Positions 19,094 to 28,249 of a stretch of DNA of 28,249 nt are shown here, piece by piece. The notes beneath the pieces were generated by a model that worked only from the letters and a program-made list of their open reading frames with translations, had not been told where the DNA came from and did not search any database. The stretch is from an uncultured Eubacteriales bacterium. Lineage in GTDB: Bacteria; Bacillota; Clostridia; CAZTHU01. The stretch's first letter is position 1. Every line of letters begins with the position of its first letter. Where the stretch lies: assembly GCA_964613575.1 (NCBI GenBank), contig CAZTHU010000001.1:1-28249 (forward strand), read 5' to 3'. The translations under genes and the position numbers were made by a program.

Positions 19094-19972
19094 ATGATAA
19101 AAAGTATGACTGGCTTTGGTCGCGGAAAGTACCAAACAGAAGGTATTGAATTGTTAGTAGAAATTAAAGCTGTAAACCATAGGTATTGTGATATATACCT
19201 TAAACTACCAAGACAGCTAAATTTTTTAGAGGATAAATTCAGGCAAACGCTTACAAGTTTTTTATCTAGAGGTAAAATTGAAGTATATGTAACCTATGTA
19301 GATAAAGTGACGCAAACTTCAATGGTTTGTATAGATGACAATTTAGCAAAAATGTATGTAGATAATTTAAGAACACTACAGGAAGAATATGATTTAATTG
19401 ATGATATTTCTGTATCCTTAGTATCTAAATTTCCTGATGTATTAAAAATACAATCAAAAGACTTAGATGAACAAATGATTTGGGGCATGGCAAAAAGTGC
19501 TCTAGATCAAGCGTTAGAAACTTTAGACTCTATGAGGAAGTTTGAGGGAGAAAAGTTAGATAACAATCTAAAAAACAGAATAAAAAATGTTAAAGATAAG
19601 CTATCGAGAATTGCTAAAAAAGCACCAGAGGTTCCAATAGAATACAGAAGGAGGCTTCAAGAAAGGATCGACGATATTTTGGATGGGCAAGTTGTAGATC
19701 AGAATAGACTCGCAATGGAGGTTGCTGTTTATGCTGACAAATGCAATATAGATGAAGAGCTAGAAAGATTACAATCTCATCTCGCTCAGTTTTTATCAAT
19801 GTTAGACGAAGATGAGCCAATTGGCAGAAAGATGGACTTTCTAGTTCAAGAGATGAATAGAGAGGTAAATACAATAGGCTCTAAAGCAAATAACTTAGAT
19901 GTAGTTAAGGATGTTGTTGATTTAAAGAGCGAAATAGAAAAAATAAGAGAACAAATTCAAAATATTGAGTAA
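19094..19972 (+). CDS. yloC: YicC/YloC family endoribonuclease
   Basis: [56 protein letters not shown]. Confidence 0.93.
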   Translation: MIKSMTGFGRGKYQTEGIELLVEIKAVNHRYCDIYLKLPRQLNFLEDKFRQTLTSFLSRGKIEVYVTYVDKVTQTSMVCIDDNLAKMYVDNLRTLQEEYDLIDDISVSLVSKFPDVLKIQSKDLDEQMIWGMAKSALDQALETLDSMRKFEGEKLDNNLKNRIKNVKDKLSRIAKKAPEVPIEYRRRLQERIDDILDGQVVDQNRLAMEVAVYADKCNIDEELERLQSHLAQFLSMLDEDEPIGRKMDFLVQEMNREVNTIGSKANNLDVVKDVVDLKSEIEKIREQIQNIE

Positions 19973-19997
19973 AGCAAACAAAAAAAGGGGGGGTTTT

Positions 19998-20288
19998 GTG
20001 AAATTTATAAACATTGGATTTGGAAACATTGTTTCAGTTGATAGGCTTGTTGCCATAGTAAGCCCTGAATCAGCACCTATAAAAAGAGTTATACAAGAGG
20101 CTAGGGATAGAGGTATGTTGATAGACGCAACCTATGGCAGAAGGACAAGGGCAGTTGTTGTTATGGATAGCGATCACATTGTATTATCAGCAGTACAACC
20201 AGAAACTGTTGCTCATAGGCTAACGTCAAAAGAGAATAATGTAAATTCTTCTAACTGTAATTTAGATGAACCAACAGAGGAAGTTTAA
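19998..20288 (+). CDS. remA: RemA / DUF370 family regulatory protein
   Basis: [42 protein letters not shown]; GTG 19998 follows a G7 SD (ORF track start 19965). Confidence 0.92.
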   Translation: MKFINIGFGNIVSVDRLVAIVSPESAPIKRVIQEARDRGMLIDATYGRRTRAVVVMDSDHIVLSAVQPETVAHRLTSKENNVNSSNCNLDEPTEEV

Positions 20289-20349
20289 CCAAATAGGTGG
20301 AATATAACTAGAAAAAGCTCTTTTACAAAACAAAAAAGGGGGAAAAGTT

Positions 20350-20586
20350 ATGATAATTAAAAAACAAGAACAAGAGTCAATGATTGAACCGCCACTAAAT
20401 AGCCTGCTTAAAAGAATCGACACAAGGTATACATTGGTGGTTGTAGCAGCAAAAAGGGCAAGACAGTTAGAAGATGGGGCTAATAGACTAACTGATTGTA
20501 TTTCAGATAAACCCGTTACAGTTGCAACAAATGAGATTAATGAGGATAAAATTACTTATATTAGAACAAAGAGCGGAATAAAGTAA
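20350..20586 (+). CDS. rpoZ: RNA polymerase omega subunit
   Basis: LLKRIDTRYTLVVVAAKRARQL, KPVTVATNEI; upstream of coaBC. Confidence 0.93.
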   Translation: MIIKKQEQESMIEPPLNSLLKRIDTRYTLVVVAAKRARQLEDGANRLTDCISDKPVTVATNEINEDKITYIRTKSGIK

Positions 20587-20615
20587 ACTTTAGGATTTAA
20601 GGTTTGGTGTACAGT

Positions 20616-21818
20616 ATGAATATTGTTATTGGAGTTTCAGGTGGCATTGCCGTTTATAAAGCTTGCGAACTTGTAAGGCTTTTTAAGAAAAATGGGCACG
20701 ATGTCTATGTAGTAATGACTAAAAATGCATGTGAATTTGTCTCACCACTTACATTTCAGACACTTTCTCAAAATACTGTAGTGGTAGAAATGTTTGAAAA
20801 ATTTGAAAATTGGGATGTCGAACATATCGAATTAGCCAAAAAAGCAGATTTGGTTATAATAGTTCCTGCTACAGCTAATATTATAGGTAAGATTGCAAAT
20901 GGGATAGCGGATGATTTTTTAACAACAACCGTTATGGCAACGTTAGCGCCCGTTTTGATTTGTCCTGCGATGAATACAAATATGTATAAAAACAAAATAG
21001 TTAAAAGAAACATACAAGAATTAGGCATTAATGGTTATTGTATAATAGAACCAATTGATGGAGAATTGGCTTGTGGAGATGTTGGAAGTGGAAAGCTTGC
21101 AGATATAAATGAGATATACAAAAAGGCTTTATCGTTATTAAATAAAAAAAATGATTTTAAAGATAAAAAAATCTTAATAACTGCAGGACCCACAAGAGAG
21201 CCAATTGATCCTGTTAGATACATATCAAATAGATCGTCGGGAAAGATGGGATATAGCATTGCAAATGCATGCTTAGAAAGAGGAGCGGATGTTACTATTG
21301 TGTCAGGGCCTGTTAGTATAAATCAGCCAACTATGGCTAAAGTTATAAGCGTTATAACTGCTGAACAGATGTATGAAAAGGTTTTAGAACAATTTGAAGA
21401 TTTTGATATAGTTATTTTAGTTGCAGCGGTAAGTGATTTTAAATGTAGGAAAGAGAGTTCCCAAAAGATTAAGAAAAAAGATAATGATTGTGGACAAATC
21501 TCTCTTGAGTTAGAGCAGAATGTCGATATAGCAAAACAAATAGGTAATATTAAAACAAAGCAAGTCCTTGTAGGTTTTTGCGCTGAAACACAAAATTTAA
21601 TAGATAATGCAAAGCAAAAGATTATTTCAAAAAATTTAGACTTAATTATTTCAAATGATGTAAGTTTGGAAAATAGCGGTTTTGATTCAAATTTTAATAT
21701 GGTAACTATTATTGATAAGTTTGGAAATAAGGAGCCTTTAGAGAAGATGACAAAAGAGGCTGTAGCCCATAAAATTCTCGATAGTATTCAAACTTTTATC
21801 TTTTCAAATAAAAAGTAA
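20616..21818 (+). CDS. coaBC: Bifunctional phosphopantothenoylcysteine decarboxylase / phosphopantothenate--cysteine ligase
   Basis: GVSGGIAVYK, PATANIIGK, PAMNTNMY, TAGPTREPIDPVRYISNRSSGKMG; start is 20616 or 20604. Confidence 0.95.
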   Translation: MNIVIGVSGGIAVYKACELVRLFKKNGHDVYVVMTKNACEFVSPLTFQTLSQNTVVVEMFEKFENWDVEHIELAKKADLVIIVPATANIIGKIANGIADDFLTTTVMATLAPVLICPAMNTNMYKNKIVKRNIQELGINGYCIIEPIDGELACGDVGSGKLADINEIYKKALSLLNKKNDFKDKKILITAGPTREPIDPVRYISNRSSGKMGYSIANACLERGADVTIVSGPVSINQPTMAKVISVITAEQMYEKVLEQFEDFDIVILVAAVSDFKCRKESSQKIKKKDNDCGQISLELEQNVDIAKQIGNIKTKQVLVGFCAETQNLIDNAKQKIISKNLDLIISNDVSLENSGFDSNFNMVTIIDKFGNKEPLEKMTKEAVAHKILDSIQTFIFSNKK

Positions 21819-21906
21819 TATGATATACTACCAAACGGTGGAAGAAATGGCTAAAAATAGCGAAGTAGCTTTCGCTGTTGGGAATAAATATTAAGGAGGT
21901 AAGGTT

Positions 21907-24534
21907 ATGTCAAAACATGTTTATTTGTTTAGTGAGGGTAATTCATCTATGAAAAACCTTTTAGGCGGAAAAGGTGCAAATTTAGCAGAAATGACAGAAT
22001 TAGGACTGCCGGTTCCAGGGGGTTTTACGGTTACAACTGAGGCATGTATAAGATTTTACGATGACGGTGAAAAAATATCAGAGGATATTGAAAAAGAAAT
22101 TTATGTAGCGTTAGAAAAGGCTGAAGCAAATGCAGGCAAGAAATTTGGGGATCCTAACAATCCATTTTTAGTTTCAGTTCGTTCTGGAGCTAGAGCGTCT
22201 ATGCCAGGAATGATGGATACTGTTTTAAATCTTGGATTAAATGATGCAGTTGTTGAGGGGCTTGCTAAGGCAACAGATAACGAAAGATTTGCTTATGATA
22301 GCTACAGAAGATTTATTCAAATGTTCAGTGATGTGGTAATGGAAGTTCCTAAAGCTAGATTTGATAAAATCTTAGAGGCTGTTAAAGAAGAAAATGATGC
22401 TGAATTTGATACACAGCTTAATGCATCACATTTAAAAGATATAGTACAAAGGTATAAAGAGCTCTTTAAAAAGGAAAAAGGTTTTGATTTCCCACAAGAG
22501 CCTAAATCTCAATTGTTAGAGTCTGTAAAAGCAGTGTTCCGTTCTTGGAACAATCCTAGAGCTATTGTTTATAGAAGATTAAATGATATCCCTGGTAATT
22601 GGGGAACTGCGGTAAATGTACAAGAGATGGTTTATGGTAATATGGGTGATACTAGTGGAACCGGTGTTGCATTTACTAGAGATCCTTCAACAGGTGAAAA
22701 GAAGCTTTATGGTGAGTTTTTGATGAATGCACAAGGCGAGGATGTTGTTGCAGGAATTAGAACTCCAAAACCTTTAGAACATTTGAAAGAAATAAATGAG
22801 AAGGTTTATAATCAATTTATTGAGATTGCTAATAAACTTGAGAATCATTACAAGGACATGCAAGATATGGAATTTACAATTGAAAAGGGTAGGCTTTTCA
22901 TGCTTCAAACTAGAAATGGAAAAAGAACTGCACAGGCTGCATTGAAGATTGCTGTTGATTTGGTAAATGAAAATATGTGCTCGAAGGAAGAAGTAATAAT
23001 GAAGGTTGATCCAAAACAACTTGACGCATTATTACATCCTAACTTTGAAGCTACTGCATTAAAAAATGCAAACATTGTGGCAAAAGGTCTTCCGGCTTCA
23101 CCAGGGGCTTCAACTGGTAAAGTGTATTTTGACGCAGAGTCAGCTGTTGAAGCAAGCAAGAATGGCGAAAAAAGTATTGTATTAGTTAGACTTGAAACAT
23201 CACCAGAAGATATTGAAGGTATGAATGTAGCAAGTGGGATCTTAACTGCAAGAGGTGGGATGACTTCTCACGCTGCTGTTGTTGCAAGAGGAATGGGAAT
23301 ATGTTGTGTAGCTGGATGTGGTGAAATAAAAATAAATGAAGCAGAGGGCTTTTTAACAGATAAAGATGGCAGAAGATATAACCAAGGTGATTGGATTTCT
23401 TTAGATGGTTCATTAGGAAATGTTTATGGTCAAAAACTACCAACGGTTCCACCTGAAATGACTGGAGATTTTGCAACTCTAATGGGATGGACTGATGAAA
23501 TAAGAACATTAAACGTAAGAACTAATGCAGATACCCCTAAAGATTCTAAGGTAGCAAGAGAATTTGGTGCAGAAGGAATTGGACTTTGTAGAACAGAGCA
23601 TATGTTCTTTGAGGGTGACAGGATTTCTGCTATGAGAGAGATGATTGTAGCAACAACTGAAGAACAAAGAATAAAGGCATTAGATAAGCTTCTGCCTATG
23701 CAAAGAGAAGACTTCGAAGGTATATATACTGCAATGGATGGACTACCTGTTACAGTAAGGTTATTAGACCCACCTTTACATGAGTTCTTGCCACAAGAAG
23801 AAGAAGATATTAAAAATTTAGCTTCAAGGGTTGGAATTTCACTTAAAGATATGCACGAAATAATTGACTCATTACATGAGTTTAATCCAATGATGGGACA
23901 TAGAGGTTGTAGATTAGCGGTATCTTACCCAGAGATGGCAAAAATGCAAACAAGAGCAATTATAGAAGCTGCGGTAAATGTTTCTAAAAAAGGTGTTACA
24001 GTTCATCCAGAGATAATGATACCTTTGGTTGGGGAAATAAAAGAATTAAAGTTTGTAAAAGATATTGTTGTAAATACAGTTAATGAAGTGTTTGAAGAAA
24101 AGGGAGCGACGATTGATTACAAGGTTGGTACTATGATAGAAATTCCTAGAGCTGCATTAACAGCCGATGAAATTGCAAAAGAAGCAGAATTTTTCTCATA
24201 TGGAACAAATGACCTAACTCAAATGACATTTGGCTTTAGCCGTGATGATGCTGGCAAATTTTTAGATGACTATTATTCTAAGAAAATTTATGAGGCAGAT
24301 CCTTTTGCAAGATTGGATCAAACGGGTGTTGGTAAATTGGTAGAAATGTCTGTAGACCTTGGTAAGAAAACAAGGCCTGACATTAAACTTGGAATATGTG
24401 GAGAACATGGTGGAGATCCATCATCAGTTGAGTTTTGTCATAGAACAGGACTTGCATATGTATCGTGTTCACCATTTAGAGTGCCTATCGCAAGATTAGC
24501 AGCAGCACAAGCAGTTGTAAGAGAAAGAGGATAA
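21907..24534 (+). CDS. ppdK: Pyruvate, phosphate dikinase
   Basis: LLGGKGANLAEM, SVRSGARASMPGMMDT, RGGMTSHAAVVARG (phospho-His), GLCRTEHMF, GICGEHGG. Confidence 0.98.
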   Translation: MSKHVYLFSEGNSSMKNLLGGKGANLAEMTELGLPVPGGFTVTTEACIRFYDDGEKISEDIEKEIYVALEKAEANAGKKFGDPNNPFLVSVRSGARASMPGMMDTVLNLGLNDAVVEGLAKATDNERFAYDSYRRFIQMFSDVVMEVPKARFDKILEAVKEENDAEFDTQLNASHLKDIVQRYKELFKKEKGFDFPQEPKSQLLESVKAVFRSWNNPRAIVYRRLNDIPGNWGTAVNVQEMVYGNMGDTSGTGVAFTRDPSTGEKKLYGEFLMNAQGEDVVAGIRTPKPLEHLKEINEKVYNQFIEIANKLENHYKDMQDMEFTIEKGRLFMLQTRNGKRTAQAALKIAVDLVNENMCSKEEVIMKVDPKQLDALLHPNFEATALKNANIVAKGLPASPGASTGKVYFDAESAVEASKNGEKSIVLVRLETSPEDIEGMNVASGILTARGGMTSHAAVVARGMGICCVAGCGEIKINEAEGFLTDKDGRRYNQGDWISLDGSLGNVYGQKLPTVPPEMTGDFATLMGWTDEIRTLNVRTNADTPKDSKVAREFGAEGIGLCRTEHMFFEGDRISAMREMIVATTEEQRIKALDKLLPMQREDFEGIYTAMDGLPVTVRLLDPPLHEFLPQEEEDIKNLASRVGISLKDMHEIIDSLHEFNPMMGHRGCRLAVSYPEMAKMQTRAIIEAAVNVSKKGVTVHPEIMIPLVGEIKELKFVKDIVVNTVNEVFEEKGATIDYKVGTMIEIPRAALTADEIAKEAEFFSYGTNDLTQMTFGFSRDDAGKFLDDYYSKKIYEADPFARLDQTGVGKLVEMSVDLGKKTRPDIKLGICGEHGGDPSSVEFCHRTGLAYVSCSPFRVPIARLAAAQAVVRERG

Positions 24535-24543
24535 GAAGTTTTT

Positions 24544-24576
24544 AAAAAAGGGGACGGTAAGTCGTTCCCTTTTTTT
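24544..24576 (+). terminator. Intrinsic terminator after ppdK
   Basis: A6-GGGACG, loop, CGTTCCC-T7. Confidence 0.75.
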
Positions 24577-24595
24577 GAATATAAGGGGGGTTTTT

Positions 24596-25393
24596 ATGTT
24601 CAGGTGCATAGATACTAAGGTTAATGATGCATATTATAACATGGCGGTGGATGAGTGCCTTTTAGAATCAATTTCTCAAGGGTTGAGCAGTCCTGTTTTA
24701 AGATTCTATGGATGGAACCCACCTGGGTTATCACTAGGCTATTTTCAGAAAGTTAATTCTAGTGTAAATGTTAATTTTTGTAAAGAAAATAATGTTTCAA
24801 TCGTAAGGCGCCTTACGGGGGGCAGAACTGTACTACACTCTGATGAGATTACTTACAGTATAATAATCCCTGAGTCTCATAGTCTTGCTAGTGGAAGCAT
24901 AACTAGTTCATATAAGAATATATCAGTGGGTATTTTAGAAGGGTTAAAAAAAGCAGGGGTTCCAGCAGAGATTTCTTTAGGGAGTTTGAAAGAAGCTAAG
25001 TCTTCGGCGTGTTTTGAAGCAACGAGTAAGTATGAGATTGTTATAAATGGGAAAAAAATAGTGGGAAGTGCTCAAACCAGAAAAAAAGGTTGTCTGTTGC
25101 AACACGGGTCTATTATAATTAGTTTAGATTTAGAGTTTTTCTCAAAGATGCTTTGCTTAAATGAAAGTCAAAGAAGTTTATTTTTGAATGGATTTAAAGA
25201 AAAAGCGTCAGATATTCAAACTCAAACAGGGGTAAAATATGAAAGAGGCATTCTTATAGATGGTTTAAAGTATGGATTTGAAAATTTTTCAAATATTGAG
25301 TTAATAGATGATGAATTAAGTCAAAGTGAGATAGATAGAATTAACATTCTTTATGATAAATATAAAAGTGATGAATGGACATATTTGAGATAA
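24596..25393 (+). CDS. lipM: Lipoate-protein ligase family protein, LipM-like octanoyltransferase
   Basis: NMAVDE, RFYGWNPP, VRRLTGGRTVLH, GKKIVGSAQ, LLQHGSI; lacks the LplA C-terminal domain; ATG 24596 follows a G6 SD (ORF track start 24575). Confidence 0.7.
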   Translation: MFRCIDTKVNDAYYNMAVDECLLESISQGLSSPVLRFYGWNPPGLSLGYFQKVNSSVNVNFCKENNVSIVRRLTGGRTVLHSDEITYSIIIPESHSLASGSITSSYKNISVGILEGLKKAGVPAEISLGSLKEAKSSACFEATSKYEIVINGKKIVGSAQTRKKGCLLQHGSIIISLDLEFFSKMLCLNESQRSLFLNGFKEKASDIQTQTGVKYERGILIDGLKYGFENFSNIELIDDELSQSEIDRINILYDKYKSDEWTYLR

Positions 25394-25408
25394 GGAGTTG
25401 TAACTAAA

Positions 25409-27247
25409 ATGCAAGTAGTGTTTTTAATATTGGCTGTAACTGTTGTGTGTTTTTTAATACCTAAGTTTAGGGCTGATTTAGTTGCATTAGGTTCTTTATT
25501 AGCATTATATTTAGCTGGGATATTAGATGTAAATGAGGCACTTTCAGGTTTTTCTAATAGTGCTGTTGTTATGATTACTGCTCTTTTCATAATAGGTGAA
25601 GGTGTTTTTAGAACTGGGCTTGCTCAAAGAGCAGGTGACATCTTGGTTAAATTTAGTGGTAAAAGCGAGTTTAAAATGACAGTTATTATGATGCTTCTAG
25701 TTGCTGGATTAAGTGGATTTATGAGTAATACGGGAACTGTTGCAATTTTAATTCCAGTTGTAGTAAGTCTTTGCAGAAGATTAAATTTAGCACCAAGCAA
25801 GTTTTTAATGCCACTTGCTTTTGCAAGTAGTATGGGAGGTACATTAACGTTAATTGGAACACCACCAAATCTTTTGGCAAATCAGAGCATGGTAGATCAT
25901 GGGCTAAATGAATTTTCTTTCTTTGCTTTTGCGCCTATTGGCTTATTGGCGTTGATAGTTGGTATTACATATTTATGGTTTGTTGCAAGAAAGATGTTAG
26001 ATGGTAAGGAAGATAAGTTTCAAAATAAGAAAGATAGTTTTGATGGAGACAGATTATTAAAAGAATACGATATAAAGGGGCATATTCATTACTTGATTGT
26101 TCCTAAGAATAAAAGAATTTCTGGAAAAACACTAAAAGGATTAGATTGGTCAAGTAAATATGGAATTGTCGTTCTTGAGGTTTTTAAAAAAACATATAAA
26201 AATAGAATAATAAATAAGAAAAAGTATGTATACCAAAGACGGGTTGTGACAGCAAGCTATAGATTAGAAGCTGGAGATATACTTGTAATATACAGTAAAA
26301 CTAATGAAATTACTGATTTTAAATCTCTTGGACTTAAAACTTGTTCAAGTGATTTAAGGGATGACTTAAAACTAGATAAATCTATATTTGCTGAAATAAT
26401 TCTAGCGCCACAATCAAATCTAATAGATAGATCTTTATTGGATTTAGATTTTAGAAAAAAAATAGGTCTTACTATACTCTCTGTAAAGAAAAGATTAAAA
26501 AAAGCAAAATGCCCAGATCCCAATTATAAACTGTCTGATGGAGATACGCTTCTAGTTCATGGAAAATGGGATGTTATAAATAATTTGGCAGAGGAAAAAA
26601 ATAATACAATAGTTTTGAATTATTCTCACACGCCTTTTGAGAGAAAAAATAATCCTAATAAGCTTAAATTAGCAATCCTTATATTGTTATCCATGGTTGC
26701 ATTAATGGTTTTAGAGGTTTTTCCAACAGTAATTGTAATTTTACTAGCAGCTTTTGCTATGGTTATATCAGGATGTACTGGAAAAATAGAGAAGGCATAT
26801 GAGGCTATAAATTGGTATACTATAATTCTTATAGCATGTATGTTGCCAATGGCTGATGCTCTAGAAAAAACAGGAGGTGTTTCGTATATATCCGAAACAC
26901 TTACATCCACATTAGGGCAAATAGGTCCACTTAGTACATTAGCAGGGCTTTATGTTATAACGGCTGTATTTGGTTTTTTTATGAGCAACACTGCAACTGC
27001 AGTTTTGCTATATCCCATTGCTGTTTTAACAGCTGAACAATTAGGTGTAAATCCTGTTCCAATGGTAATGGCTGTAGCATATTCTTCGAGTATGTCATTT
27101 ACTACACCTTTTTCTACTCCTCCTAATATGCTTGCAATGGCAGCTGGTAAATATTCATTTTGGGATTACGTGAAGGTAGGGCTTCCTTTGCAGATAGTTA
27201 TAGGTATTGTTATAATTCTTATATTGCCTATTTTTTATTCGTTCTGA
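25409..27247 (+). CDS. SLC13/DASS family permease with TrkA-C (RCK_C) domains, YfbS-like
   Basis: GFMSNTGT, GGTLTLIGTPPN, central soluble RCK_C region, SNTATAVL, PFSTPPN, YSFWDYVKVGLPL. Confidence 0.88.
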   Translation: MQVVFLILAVTVVCFLIPKFRADLVALGSLLALYLAGILDVNEALSGFSNSAVVMITALFIIGEGVFRTGLAQRAGDILVKFSGKSEFKMTVIMMLLVAGLSGFMSNTGTVAILIPVVVSLCRRLNLAPSKFLMPLAFASSMGGTLTLIGTPPNLLANQSMVDHGLNEFSFFAFAPIGLLALIVGITYLWFVARKMLDGKEDKFQNKKDSFDGDRLLKEYDIKGHIHYLIVPKNKRISGKTLKGLDWSSKYGIVVLEVFKKTYKNRIINKKKYVYQRRVVTASYRLEAGDILVIYSKTNEITDFKSLGLKTCSSDLRDDLKLDKSIFAEIILAPQSNLIDRSLLDLDFRKKIGLTILSVKKRLKKAKCPDPNYKLSDGDTLLVHGKWDVINNLAEEKNNTIVLNYSHTPFERKNNPNKLKLAILILLSMVALMVLEVFPTVIVILLAAFAMVISGCTGKIEKAYEAINWYTIILIACMLPMADALEKTGGVSYISETLTSTLGQIGPLSTLAGLYVITAVFGFFMSNTATAVLLYPIAVLTAEQLGVNPVPMVMAVAYSSSMSFTTPFSTPPNMLAMAAGKYSFWDYVKVGLPLQIVIGIVIILILPIFYSF

Positions 27248-27275
27248 TAATTTTTTGTTAGTTAAATCATATTGC

Positions 27276-27347
27276 AAGAGTAAGAAATAGGGTAAGAGTA
27301 AGAATTATTTTAAGAGTAAAAGATACAAGATTAAAAGGTGATACAAG
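27276..27347. repeat. Degenerate 18-bp-period repeat
   Basis: AAGAGTAA at 27276, 27294, 27312; GATACAAG at 27322, 27340. Confidence 0.7.
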
Positions 27348-27391
27348 CCTAAAATTTGATTTTATACTGCGATGATTGATTGTAGGCTTTG

Positions 27392-27440
27392 AAAGAGTAA
27401 CTTCCACTGTTTGAGAAGTGAAGGGTGGAATTTACTTTTT
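27392..27440 (+). terminator. Long stem-loop ending in a T-run; probable terminator of the lipM-permease unit
   Basis: AAAGAGTAACTTCCAC pairs with GTGGAATTTACTTTTT (one G-U pair, one mismatch). Confidence 0.45.
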
Positions 27441-27568
27441 CAATTAATAAAAAGTAAAAAAATATTTAAAAAACAAAAAACATGTTAACGTTTTTTGAAA
27501 AAACGCCGATAAACATAATAAGAAGTGGATAAATTAATTTGTTACTATATAGATTGGAGATGATACAT

Positions 27569-28249
27569 ATGAGTGTCAAAATTAATTCAAAAATGTTGTG
27601 TTTATTTTTAGCTATGTCTTTTATAGTGACTGGCTTAATGGCATTTGGGATTTTTGGAAATGTCTTATTTTCGAATGCAACAACAGAGTATGAGTTGTTA
27701 TTAGGAAATTACTTTGGAACGACTACACATTGGGTTGGCCAAAGGAGAACTCAATATACAACTTGGGAGATTGTAAGGTTAGAGAGTGATAATTCAGGTG
27801 AAAAGATTTATGAAGGTACCCGTTTTAATGATGAAACAGGTTCTATTTTTGAAAGTGAGTTTATATTAAATACTCAGACAGGAGAAGTCGAAGTTCGAAC
27901 AACCCGTGCGATAGAGGGAAGCCCAGCGGACCCTACGGTTTCGATAAATGGAAACGCGCTAATCGGGGAAAAAGAAAGTAGAGATGGTGATATTGGTCCT
28001 GTTCATGTTACTTATCAAGGTATAGTGTTTGAATCACAGGATATTTATGTGTCAAAGGGCGAAAGGGAGTGGATAATACATGATTGGGTTGATAATGTTG
28101 TTGTTCATAACCCAAATGAAGAAGACCCTGAATTTAGTTTTGATTATGCAAAACCAAGTGATGCAAGTTCCATAACTATATCTGGGATATCAGCTGGTGC
28201 TCTAGAGTTTGAAATACGGGATAATACAACTACGGGATCGTTTGAGTTT
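27569..28249 (+). CDS. Secreted or surface protein, 5' part only (227 codons, open to the window edge)
   Basis: My translation MSVKINSKMLCLFLAMSFIVTGLMAFGIFGNVLFSNATTEYELL... has no stop; SD GGAGA; signal-peptide-like N-terminus followed by an acidic beta-rich region; absent from the ORF track. Confidence 0.85.
   Translation, partial: MSVKINSKMLCLFLAMSFIVTGLMAFGIFGNVLFSNATTEYELLLGNYFGTTTHWVGQRRTQYTTWEIVRLESDNSGEKIYEGTRFNDETGSIFESEFILNTQTGEVEVRTTRAIEGSPADPTVSINGNALIGEKESRDGDIGPVHVTYQGIVFESQDIYVSKGEREWIIHDWVDNVVVHNPNEEDPEFSFDYAKPSDASSITISGISAGALEFEIRDNTTTGSFEF

Noticed and set aside
27392-27440. AAGGGTGGAA resembling a T-box core
   Set aside because: Continues TTTAC rather than an ACC(A/G)CG-type sequence; no Stem I; the downstream gene is not amino-acid related

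Overview
AT-rich chromosomal window from a low-GC Firmicute, probably Clostridia (inferred from the HrcA/CIRCE heat-shock operon, SLH domains, PPDK and a sporulation-type promoter). Core genes are asnS, ftsY, a UPF0182 membrane protein, hrcA-grpE-dnaK-dnaJ-prmA-rsmE, yloC-remA-rpoZ-coaBC (without the usual gmk), ppdK, a LipM/LplA-family enzyme and an SLC13/RCK_C permease. The window ends in the 5' part of a secreted protein missing from the ORF track. The accessory stretch (about 6.9-12.2 kb) holds a polysaccharide deacetylase in frame with an SLH fragment across one stop codon, a divergent FtsH paralog and an ankyrin-repeat protein. The main non-coding discovery is a ~309-bp non-autonomous IS200/IS605-type element (10545-10853). 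It carries a HEARO/IscB-type omegaRNA scaffold on the minus strand, has no iscB or tnpA gene, and sits between a predicted sigma-A promoter and the ftsH paralog. All family assignments come from motif recognition by eye; no searches were run.
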